DNA of 59,054 nucleotides from Candidatus Moraniibacteriota bacterium. Lineage in GTDB: Bacteria; Patescibacteriota; Minisyncoccia; Moranbacterales; UBA1568. The stretch covers positions 1-59,054 of the forward strand of contig JAAXXZ010000006.1 of assembly GCA_013334245.1 (NCBI GenBank), read 5' to 3'. Numbering within the stretch: the stretch's first letter is position 1; each line of letters opens with the position of its first letter. A model generated the notes under the pieces. The model saw only the letters and a list, made by a program, of their open reading frames with translations. It did not search any database and was not told the DNA's origin. Below, piece by piece: positions 1-8,014 of the stretch. The position numbers were made by a program, and so were the translations under genes.

Positions 1-114
1 TCTGTCGCACGTTTGAGAAAAGCGATTCTGGAATATCTCCCGTATTACAACGGGGAACGGATCCATATGGGAATCGGGTACCAAACACCCGAAGAAGTGA
101 TGCAAAGGTATTGA
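1..114 (+). mobile_element. 3' end of an IS481/IS3-type DDE transposase (partial at window edge)
   Basis: Frame +1 reads SVARLRKAILEYLPYYNGERIHMGIGYQTPEEVMQRY*; the YN..R.H..IG..TP motif is typical of the integrase-core C-terminus. Confidence 0.75.
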
Positions 115-177
115 CTAGGAAACGCGACGAATGCCCCATTCGCTCGCATTTAGTTATAGTCAGCAGTCAAGGGCACG

Positions 178-335
178 AGGCAACGGGAGTTTCGTCCTCA
201 GCGCCTGCTAGCGCTTCGTAGTCCAGGGCAGAGCCGAATGTTTCCTATTCGGTCGCATTCATCGACGCTCGAAGACTCGCTTCTGCCCGTCACGTCGCTC
301 GCGAGCGATCGTGACCAGTTCGACTCCCGTTACCC
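178..335. repeat. Structured palindromic element bounded by copies of the tRNA-Gly 3' end
   Basis: 318-335 GTTCGACTCCCGTTACCC is the exact reverse complement of 9617-9634; 179-190 GGCAACGGGAGT is a near-complement of it; internal hairpins GGGCAGA/TCTGCCC and GTCACG/CGTGAC. Confidence 0.7.
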
Positions 336-339
336 ATAA

Positions 340-377
340 GAAAGAAGAAGGGGCTCATATGAGCCCCTTCTTCTTTC
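340..377. terminator. Perfect 38-bp palindrome; likely the tRNA-Gly terminator of the pre-integration site
   Basis: GAAAGAAGAAGGGGCTCAT|ATGAGCCCCTTCTTCTTTC, ending 3 bp before the inferred left junction. Confidence 0.7.
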
Positions 378-478
378 CTTTGAGCTGGCTGGTGCAGAGC
401 GTTAGAACTGAATCAATGTATAAAACCGGGATTTCTACAGTTCAAAAGTAGAAGCCCAATAAATTAAACTCTGCCTCT

Positions 479-3400
479 CTATTCAACGAATTTCATCTGC
501 ATTCTACCTACAATGTTTCTTATTTTATCTACATGATATACCCCATTCATCTCTAGCCTACCAATATAGTCTTCTCTTGCATGAGAGCCTCCTATTAGCT
601 GTTTTTCTCCTAGAATTGTCCAAAATATCTCACATTCATTTTTCTCAAGAAAATCGAGTAATGCCTTTTTGTTAATCAATAAAACTGATGGAAAACTTTC
701 TTCAAAAATACTTGTTGGCATAGCCACTAGGTGATTTTTCCTATCGAAGAATCTTCCGTCAAGAAGTTTATGTTTCAGCCCCATTTTATTTACCAACCAC
801 TTGCAGGGCATTCTAACCGAGACAGCTCCTGTATGCGAGCCATCCATCGTGAACTCTTTTGCATAAGAATCGTCTGGTACGACTACCTTAATTGGTAAAC
901 TACCCTCTTTTATTCCTGTCTTAGTCCAAATGTTATAATTTCCCCTCAAGTTATCAAATGCTAGAGAGTTAGGGTACTCATCCAGAAATACTTCGTGAAA
1001 ATCGTGCGACTCTGGCATTGATCTCCCCATTAACCTTCTACTTTTTACCAACCTATAGAATGTTTTCGCATCTTTCTTCTTTACAATGTAGCTTTTAAGC
1101 TTATACCAAAGACTACGCGATGGCACATCGTATCTTTCATTTTCTGGGGGAACATCTTCCTGCCAATCAATAAATCCGTCTAAGACAAGCCATTCCCTTG
1201 CGCTATCTCCGGTAATTTGAATAACCTCTTCTGGCTTTGGAATATCTTCTTTTGTTTTCATCCAGTTCTTATCTGACTTTCTACTTTTCCAACCATCGTA
1301 TTTCCCTGAGTCAGACAACCATTGAGAAAAACTCTCTGATACTTTTAAATGATTGTCATTTTGAATAATAAGCGAGGGATCAATGTCTCTTATGTGCGGA
1401 TTCCACGGACCGAGATAATCCTCTTTCTTATCGCTACTCCAACTATTGCCTTTGAACTCGAAGTTATCAGAAAGAAGAGCCATAAATTCATGGTATGCAA
1501 TCCACTGGTATTTTTTCCCAATCCTTTCAGTTTTGCTTTCAGATCTGTCGGGGCTTTCATAACGACTCACTGAACTATCAAATTCTCCATGTAGAGCTTG
1601 ACTATACCCGAGTTCAATCACCCTACTAAACATCCACCGCTGAGCTAATTTAAGATCAAAGCGATCGAGAGGGTCGTTTATTTGTCCGTTACTATTCAGA
1701 AATGGTTTGATGTTTCTGTAAAAAAACTTTCTCTTTATAGGGGAGAGGGATTTTTCAAAATCAGCATGAGCTTTACTCATTTCTATTTTCTGCCTTCTAT
1801 CATATTCCTCTGACTTTTTGAGATCGAACTCCTCATCTTTGAAAGAAGATACTTTGATTGATGCGACTATTTTTGATAAATCTATACCGAAAAAAGGATT
1901 AGTTGCTTTACCAAATAGATTTTGTTGTTGTTTAGTTAAGTCTTTTTTAAATTTATCAAATAAGACTTTTCTATTTACTTCATTACCGTTAAGTCTTCTT
2001 CCAGACCAATGGCCGATAGAATAATCTATGCTCTTTTCGAAATCATCCAGTGGCGCAAAATCATGCATGATCGATGACCATATATCAAGAAATCCACGCT
2101 CCTTGGTTTTATTCTGGAAGAAGTCTTCTGGATAATACTTTCTCTTCAATGTCTTTTCAGATGTGATTCTTTTTGGCCACTTACTTTTAAACGGCGGGTT
2201 CAGGTTAGCCTCCACCACACTTAGTTTTACTTTTTCTTGTATTGCAATTTCAATAAGCCCACGCGCATAATCACGAATTAGGACATTGACTGGGGGGTTT
2301 CCAGTCTTAAAAACAACATTATAAATCCATGTAGCCAGTTCACCTAATTCACGCCTATCTTCTCTGGAATGTGCTGCACATCCATAAGCGACAGCATATA
2401 AACGCTCTAGGATATAGGAATCGTTTATATCCCTGAACTGCTTCAGCAAAATTAATACTACACTTAATCTATTTTTTAAGAGCATGACTAATGCTCTGGT
2501 ACTTTTGTCTCTTAAAAATCTATTCGGTGTGGCAAGAAACCAAACAAGTGTCGTACAACAAAGGCGGATTGATTCATTACTTATGTGTTTTTTGTCTTCA
2601 CCCGACCAACCCCATTCGATCAATCTATCAACTGCATCTCTTTCTCCATATTGATAATGCAGAAAGGTTGACCACCACGAATCCCTATCTGGCATCGAAA
2701 ACCCAGATAGATGTTTATGTAAAAAATCCGCATTAAAGGGGTGGGTCGGTACTGATGCTACAGATAAAAAAGCATTTAGTAAGTTGTTGTGACCCGAGTT
2801 AGTTTTTATAACCCTAGTATTTATATAATCCAGAACGCTCTTTAAGTCCTTTGAAAAGGCGCTCGGCCGTCTCCATATTAGACTCCCAATAAATGCATCC
2901 TCAGCAGCATCTGAGTGTTTTAAGTAGGGTGCAACCTCAATTAATTCGTGCCCCTGTAGGTATTCTGGGCATTGGATAGACAGCGCTTCAATAACACCCC
3001 TGTTCCATGATTTCGCGAGAAATCTTCCAAGCTTTCTTCTTTTTGAAAAAAATACCTTTGCGGTCTCTAAACTCTTATTGCCTTTTCCTATTTCAATTTC
3101 ATACTTTTTGAAGATATACCTTGCTATTAAATGATCACTGAACTTTTGAAATGGGAATCGGAAATCAAACCCTTCGTAGCTACCTTTTTCAACCGAGTAT
3201 CTTGGGACTTTAACTAGAAGCAAGTCTCTCTCCAGAGCCTGCGTAAAGGCTACGGGGTCTACTAATGGATAGGCTTTTTTTACAATTTGGAAAACCTGCT
3301 CTTCTGATACTCTGTCATCATTTTTTTCAACCATTGTGGCCGAGATTCTTTTAATCACAGTATCCCAAATCACATACTCGCCATTACCACTCTTTCCTTT

Positions 3401-4660
3401 TGGAAGCCTAAAGTCAGAAGCGATCTTGTCAGCTGCTTGTTTAATGAATGCCTCGAAGATGTGGGTGGCTCCAATATGCCCCTTAAATGGCTTAATGCTT
3501 TTTAATTGAGTCTCTGTTTTGTCTGATAGATCCTTATTCTTTTTTCCAAACGCAGCACAGAATAGAAGAAGAAACAGCGGTTCTTTAAACTCAGGCAACA
3601 AGAGGGGAATCTCTGGTAGGGGTATTGAAAATTCTTTAAAAAACTTATTCGCTGCTTCCCATTCACGAAATTCGAACCCCCGGTGTTTTTCTTGAACAAA
3701 AAACTTGTTCAGTTTTTTTGTTATTATCTCTTCTTCGAACCCCTCCCTTACACTTACAATCAATCCGATATTTGGATATTTTTTAATTTCTTCAACAAGC
3801 TTACCCAAATTTCTCTTCCAAAAAAGCTGTTGCTTTGTTTCATTTAAAGCGTCAATCATAAGAATTGATCGAGCGCCTGAGCGTTTTCCTGCTGTATTTA
3901 GCATTTTTAAAAACTTACTCTTTGAGACCTTTAGCTCAAGCTGTTTAATAGTCTGTTGTATCGGATCATCGGATGTTGAAAAAAACTCGCCAAAAACAAG
4001 AGCTGTTGGAAGTGGCTTTTTCTTTTGTACCCTGTTCTCTGTAAGATCACACAGTAGGTGAGTTTTTCCAGTTCCAGCCACGCCTGTTAAAAGTAAAAAT
4101 GGAGAGTTTGATAGATTCGCCCCAGTACTAAGAGCAAATTTTATAAAGTAATTTAGCTCCTTTTGAACCTCATAAATATAATGAATATCAGAACCAAATC
4201 TTTCAGTACTTGATTGATAACCCCCTTGGTTTTCAGCTACTTTTTCCTTCTCATGCTTACTCTTTTCTTCTCTTAGTCTATCTGAAAGTTTCCACGAAAA
4301 CTCCTCTGCCTTTTGTGCATTCTTATTAATTTTCTCCCAAGGAATGTCAGAGACGTTGTATTCTTTAACTTTTTTTAAAAGCTCTAAAAGACGAGAGATT
4401 TCGTATTTAAAAGTCGAGTACAGTTTCTTGATTTCTTTATCTTCATAATTTGACGAGACCCAACGAAACTCACGCCTCAATGTGCCGTGGTGCTTCCTTA
4501 TTACAGTATAAAAACCTTCAGTTCGACCGAGTCCATCAAAAATCTCCGCGATTGGTAGATCAACGTTTAACTCAGGAGTGTACCTATTACCCGCGTTTTT
4601 TTTAATTTTCTTTAGGTGGTTTTTAAGCCACGCTACTTGTAGAAAAGTATTATTAGACAT
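479..4660 (-). CDS. STAND NTPase, AVAST/Avs2-like anti-phage protein, lacking an N-terminal effector domain
   Basis: 1393 aa; Walker A GVAGTGKT, Walker B ILMIDALNE; downstream motifs RDKSTRAL, NDSYILERLYAVAYG, ERIGKKYQWIA, RDIDPS that I recognise from Avs2-like proteins. Confidence 0.7.
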   Translation of the reverse strand: MSNNTFLQVAWLKNHLKKIKKNAGNRYTPELNVDLPIAEIFDGLGRTEGFYTVIRKHHGTLRREFRWVSSNYEDKEIKKLYSTFKYEISRLLELLKKVKEYNVSDIPWEKINKNAQKAEEFSWKLSDRLREEKSKHEKEKVAENQGGYQSSTERFGSDIHYIYEVQKELNYFIKFALSTGANLSNSPFLLLTGVAGTGKTHLLCDLTENRVQKKKPLPTALVFGEFFSTSDDPIQQTIKQLELKVSKSKFLKMLNTAGKRSGARSILMIDALNETKQQLFWKRNLGKLVEEIKKYPNIGLIVSVREGFEEEIITKKLNKFFVQEKHRGFEFREWEAANKFFKEFSIPLPEIPLLLPEFKEPLFLLLFCAAFGKKNKDLSDKTETQLKSIKPFKGHIGATHIFEAFIKQAADKIASDFRLPKGKSGNGEYVIWDTVIKRISATMVEKNDDRVSEEQVFQIVKKAYPLVDPVAFTQALERDLLLVKVPRYSVEKGSYEGFDFRFPFQKFSDHLIARYIFKKYEIEIGKGNKSLETAKVFFSKRRKLGRFLAKSWNRGVIEALSIQCPEYLQGHELIEVAPYLKHSDAAEDAFIGSLIWRRPSAFSKDLKSVLDYINTRVIKTNSGHNNLLNAFLSVASVPTHPFNADFLHKHLSGFSMPDRDSWWSTFLHYQYGERDAVDRLIEWGWSGEDKKHISNESIRLCCTTLVWFLATPNRFLRDKSTRALVMLLKNRLSVVLILLKQFRDINDSYILERLYAVAYGCAAHSREDRRELGELATWIYNVVFKTGNPPVNVLIRDYARGLIEIAIQEKVKLSVVEANLNPPFKSKWPKRITSEKTLKRKYYPEDFFQNKTKERGFLDIWSSIMHDFAPLDDFEKSIDYSIGHWSGRRLNGNEVNRKVLFDKFKKDLTKQQQNLFGKATNPFFGIDLSKIVASIKVSSFKDEEFDLKKSEEYDRRQKIEMSKAHADFEKSLSPIKRKFFYRNIKPFLNSNGQINDPLDRFDLKLAQRWMFSRVIELGYSQALHGEFDSSVSRYESPDRSESKTERIGKKYQWIAYHEFMALLSDNFEFKGNSWSSDKKEDYLGPWNPHIRDIDPSLIIQNDNHLKVSESFSQWLSDSGKYDGWKSRKSDKNWMKTKEDIPKPEEVIQITGDSAREWLVLDGFIDWQEDVPPENERYDVPSRSLWYKLKSYIVKKKDAKTFYRLVKSRRLMGRSMPESHDFHEVFLDEYPNSLAFDNLRGNYNIWTKTGIKEGSLPIKVVVPDDSYAKEFTMDGSHTGAVSVRMPCKWLVNKMGLKHKLLDGRFFDRKNHLVAMPTSIFEESFPSVLLINKKALLDFLEKNECEIFWTILGEKQLIGGSHAREDYIGRLEMNGVYHVDKIRNIVGRMQMKFVE

Positions 4661-4695
4661 AGTTAAGTTAAAAGTAGAACCAGCACTTGTTTCTC

Positions 4696-4731
4696 AAATA
4701 AAACACCCCGTCTCATGCAAGCGCGGGGTGT
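4696..4731 (-). terminator. Terminator-like hairpin in the leader of the STAND NTPase gene
   Basis: ACACCCCG (4703-4710)/CGGGGTGT (4724-4731), followed on the minus strand by a T-rich run. Confidence 0.5.
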
Positions 4732-4821
4732 GGGATAGTCAGGCGAAGATTCAAAACCTTCGTATAGCTCTTTCCGTACTTTCTTGATTATTTGGGGTAA
4801 TTTTTATCTTGATTTTAAGAA

Positions 4822-4850
4822 AGCATACCACGAACAGACCTCTCTATCAA
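4822..4850 (-). promoter_or_regulatory. Sigma70-type promoter for the STAND NTPase
   Basis: Minus strand TTGATA-17 nt-TATGCT with TG extended -10. Confidence 0.5.
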
Positions 4851-5125
4851 TAAAAATGCACTACGCCCTTTCTTGAGTGCTCCTCAACTCACTCTGGCAT
4901 GGTCGAGGGGTTCGGAATAAGAAAAGTCATAAAAGTATGTATCTACCAAAAAATGGTTCCTCTAGGGTCATTTTTTGATGCCAAAAACTGATTCTTTGAT
5001 TTTTAAATCAGTTTCTAGGAGTTTTTGAAGCAGCAAAATAGCAGTCCTATATAGGTAGCGCCATTTTGCCGATTCACACTAAAGCCGTTCTGGTGTGATA
5101 AATAAAGCATTTTGAACTTGGAATC

Positions 5126-5154
5126 TTGATTTTTTAACCAAATTGGAGCATAAT
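5126..5154 (+). promoter_or_regulatory. Sigma70-type promoter upstream of the structured RNA and nuclease
   Basis: TTGATT-17 nt-CATAAT. Confidence 0.55.
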
Positions 5155-5160
5155 TGAGCC

Positions 5161-5328
5161 ACAATCTGTCCTAACCCTAGAGCTTCAAAACTCTAGGTAT
5201 GGCGTAATAAATCCTAGATGAATAAAAACGGCCTTATGGCTGGCGCTTATTCATCTAGGTCGATGTCTCGAAAGGGATATCGTGCGGCTTCGAAAGGAGC
5301 TGTAGCCATGTCGTAAGGCCCTTTTTGT
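5161..5328 (+). ncRNA. Structured leader or small RNA with two GAAA-tetraloop hairpins
   Basis: Hairpins 5261-5282 and 5283-5304 (GAAA loops, several G-U pairs on + strand); closing stem 5230-5244/5305-5320 then T-run; competing 13-bp helix 5213-5225/5247-5259. Confidence 0.6.
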
Positions 5329-5337
5329 TTGCGCAAT

Positions 5338-5754
5338 ATGTTCCATAGGAACAAGATCGAATACAAGGATTTAAACTCCCGAGCTCAAGAAAACTATAAC
5401 TACCACAAGTTATCGGCTGTTCTGGCTGACTACGGCTATACAACTCTCAGACTTTCAGACGACTGGCAATCAGCAGACTGCATCGCAGTTCATCGGGACG
5501 GTAGCTCTATCAAGATCCAACTCAAAGGAAGATTCGTTCTGAACAAGGACTACATGGGGAAAGACCTCTGGATTGCGTTTATGGACAGAAAGTCTTATAA
5601 TTGGTATCTTTATCCACACGATGAGCTTTTGTCAGAACTGGAACTAGATAAAGAATCCTTCAAGTTTGTGGATTGGTTCAAAAATGCTGGCTCCTATACT
5701 GCTGCGACTCTCTCGAGCTCCCTCTCAAAAATCCTAGGGAAACACAAAATCTAA
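5338..5754 (+). CDS. Small stand-alone PD-(D/E)xK-fold nuclease-like protein
   Basis: E-containing helix then ADCIA...IKIQLKGR pattern; ATG at 5338 preferred over TTG at 5329. Confidence 0.6.
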   Translation: MFHRNKIEYKDLNSRAQENYNYHKLSAVLADYGYTTLRLSDDWQSADCIAVHRDGSSIKIQLKGRFVLNKDYMGKDLWIAFMDRKSYNWYLYPHDELLSELELDKESFKFVDWFKNAGSYTAATLSSSLSKILGKHKI

Positions 5755-5885
5755 TACTTCCGAAAAGCCATAAGTCACGAAATCTAGTAAAAAGGCCTAT
5801 ACTCATAATAGAGGGGCGGACATTCACTACTCATACAACTATGTAATACATCGACAATAAATTTCTCTAAATTCCCCGCTTTTGA

Positions 5886-6040
5886 ATTTCTAGCGACTTA
5901 TTGTGTCCTAGAAATCAGCTACCAATACAATGGAGCTGGCGGTAATATGGCTCATCTTAGCTAATTTTTGCTAAGAAGATATATCTCAAGTATTTGAGTT
6001 ATCTTGAAGCCTTTATTACCTCCTGGCTCCTTTTTGTTTT
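5886..6040 (+). promoter_or_regulatory. Structured leader/attenuator upstream of the helicase module
   Basis: Hairpins 5886-5915 and 5916-5938; long stem 5932-5952/6008-6030 enclosing two hairpins, followed by TTTTTGTTTT. Confidence 0.45.
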
Positions 6041-6063
6041 GTTAACCAGTAACTGCAACTTTC

Positions 6064-6336
6064 ATGTATCCAGTTATCTATGAGAAAGCCCCGGTCGTGC
6101 ATGTTTCGCTCGATGAATTGGTCGGCAAAGAGATTTCCTTAGGCCTGTACCAGGCCAACGACACATGGGAAAAACACCTTTCCTTGGATTTAGAGAGGGT
6201 CTCATCTACTCTCAATCCTACCGAACGGGAGTCTTTCCAGAAGAAGCGTTTGGGATATGCGCTTTCCCCAAAAGAAAGAAAGGCATTTTCTCGAGCGAAA
6301 GACAAGGTTCAGCTTCTGTTAAACATTAACTCCTAA
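6064..6336 (+). CDS. Hypothetical protein, possibly sigma-region-4-like
   Basis: 90 aa; LNPTERE...GY...FSRAKDKV resembles a truncated sigma4 helix pattern; first gene of a tight operon. Confidence 0.45.
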   Translation: MYPVIYEKAPVVHVSLDELVGKEISLGLYQANDTWEKHLSLDLERVSSTLNPTERESFQKKRLGYALSPKERKAFSRAKDKVQLLLNINS

Positions 6337-6339
6337 GTT

Positions 6340-6588
6340 ATGGCTTGCAAGCAATGCGACAAGAAAACGTACTTTGCGGAAGACCTCTACACTGCCGCCC
6401 TGCTGATTCACTTCGGGTTCAAGGTTGTGGAAATCCAGAGAAGCAAAGTCGGTGTGAGCTTGGGTTTCCGCGAAACAGACGACCTGTGGGAACTCATTGA
6501 AACGGATAGACTGACCCAGAAGCTCCGGGTTAAACCGAGTAAGTTTTGGGAATCCGTAGATTTCGCGAAAGAATTGATGTACCGCTAG
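6340..6588 (+). CDS. DUF5659-like small protein
   Basis: 82 aa; DLYTAALLIHFGF...F...LRVKPSKF...KELMY pattern; 3-bp gap from the previous gene. Confidence 0.55.
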   Translation: MACKQCDKKTYFAEDLYTAALLIHFGFKVVEIQRSKVGVSLGFRETDDLWELIETDRLTQKLRVKPSKFWESVDFAKELMYR

Positions 6589-6592
6589 ACCT

Positions 6593-7657
6593 ATGGAATC
6601 GTTCAAACGCCTGGCGGAAGAGAAAGAGCGTAAGAGGCTTGAAAAAATCAGAGAAAAATTAAAATTGATCAGTTGGAAAGATCTCAGTCAAGAGGAGTAT
6701 GGCGCCTGCGAGTGGATTGTGGACAGAGTCGTCCCTATGGAAGGGGTAACGATCATGTCAGGAGCACCGGCCTCCTATAAAACATGGCTTCTCCTCCAAT
6801 TGGCATCAGACATCGTCCAAGGAACTTCGTTCTTGGGTCAGTTCAGGTGCGAGAAAAAACGTGTCCTCATCGTTGATGAGGAGAACCACGCTCGGCTTCT
6901 ACAAAAGCGACTCCACTCGCTTGGAACTCCTACGGATGTAGAAATTCACCTGATGTCCCAAAAAAACTTTCTCGTAACCGACGAAGCGATGCGAGCAGTT
7001 CTTCTTGAACACTGTGAGAAGACTAAGTCGGAAGTAATCATCTTCGATTCACTCATCCGAATAAGCCATGCGGACGAGAATGACGCAAGGAGTATGGATG
7101 ATGTCTTCCGTGGATTGAAAGCCCTATGCGGGGCGCATAAGACCGTGATCGTAACACACCATGAACGAAAGGAAGGGCTGCAGCAGAGATCATCTGCTCA
7201 GAACAGGATGCGTGGTTCATCCAACATTTCCGCTCAAATTGATTCTCATGTAGCCATTTCGCGCGACAAATTCGATCGAAGGTTGATCACAGTCGAACAT
7301 GCGAAAAGCCGAGAAGAGGAAGAACTTCCATCCTTTAAGGTGGCGGTTCGCTCCGAGAACGATCGGGTGTGGTTTGAGTACCTCGGCGAGCACGACGAGG
7401 GAAAAACGAAGAAGGAAACAGCCGCTGAGGTGATTCCATTAATCCTTCAGGATAATCCGGGTGGCTTCACAAAGACCGAAATTACCACCAAGGTTCTTGA
7501 GTTAGTTGACGTAGGCGGCAAGAATGCGCAAAAGGCTTTGGACGAACTCATCACGAAGGGCGTCGTTGGGACGCGGAAAGGAAAAGGAAATACCCAGGTC
7601 TGTTTGCTGTTGTCTTCGGAAGACGAAGTTTCCGACCACCCTGAAATGGTGATCTGA
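6593..7657 (+). CDS. RepA-like SF4 helicase (AAA_25) with probable C-terminal winged helix
   Basis: Walker A GAPASYKT, VDEEN, IIFDSL, VTHHERK, RGSS. Confidence 0.8.
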   Translation: MESFKRLAEEKERKRLEKIREKLKLISWKDLSQEEYGACEWIVDRVVPMEGVTIMSGAPASYKTWLLLQLASDIVQGTSFLGQFRCEKKRVLIVDEENHARLLQKRLHSLGTPTDVEIHLMSQKNFLVTDEAMRAVLLEHCEKTKSEVIIFDSLIRISHADENDARSMDDVFRGLKALCGAHKTVIVTHHERKEGLQQRSSAQNRMRGSSNISAQIDSHVAISRDKFDRRLITVEHAKSREEEELPSFKVAVRSENDRVWFEYLGEHDEGKTKKETAAEVIPLILQDNPGGFTKTEITTKVLELVDVGGKNAQKALDELITKGVVGTRKGKGNTQVCLLLSSEDEVSDHPEMVI

Positions 7658-7717
7658 CTTGGTCTATATACTATCACCGTTTCACCGCTTCAGATCACAA
7701 CAAAGGACCATCTGGTT

Positions 7718-7897
7718 ATGAACGAGACGGACGTAATCAAATTCAAGGAACTCTACGAGGAGGAAACGGGGGATTTCATCTCTCTCGAAGAGTCCTTGAA
7801 GTCCGTCCAAAGCCTGGTCGAGATGGTCCGACTGATCTATAAACCCATAAGAAAAGACTTGTATAAGCGGTGTACAAGAGACGAGGACGCTATATAG
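7718..7897 (+). CDS. 59-aa hypothetical protein upstream of the recombinase (not in ORF track)
   Basis: MNETDVIKFKELYEEETGDFISLEESLKSVQSLVEMVRLIYKPIRKDLYKRCTRDEDAI*; AAAGGA upstream. Confidence 0.65.
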   Translation: MNETDVIKFKELYEEETGDFISLEESLKSVQSLVEMVRLIYKPIRKDLYKRCTRDEDAI

Positions 7898-8002
7898 TGA
7901 ACCCGTTGACCCAACCAGTATGAACGAGCGTCATAGTGAACCCAGAAAGGCAGCCCTACCGATAGTCCGCTCGATTATTGGGTCAACGAGGGCTGTCTTT
8001 TT
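7894..8002 (+). promoter_or_regulatory. Switch-like leader of the recombinase gene
   Basis: Stem 7946-7957/7989-8000; 7904-7914 complementary to 7978-7988; 7925-7930 complementary to 7968-7973; ATAGTGAACCC repeated at 7894 and 7933. Confidence 0.55.
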
Positions 8003-8014
8003 GGCTTTCTGATT

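Noticed and set aside
318-335. tRNA-Gly fragment as a classical att direct repeat
   Set aside because: It is inverted relative to the tRNA and lies outside the inferred junction.
4661-5330. Frameshifted N-terminal effector for the STAND NTPase
   Set aside because: No convincing minus-strand ORF; the interval holds promoters and RNA structures.
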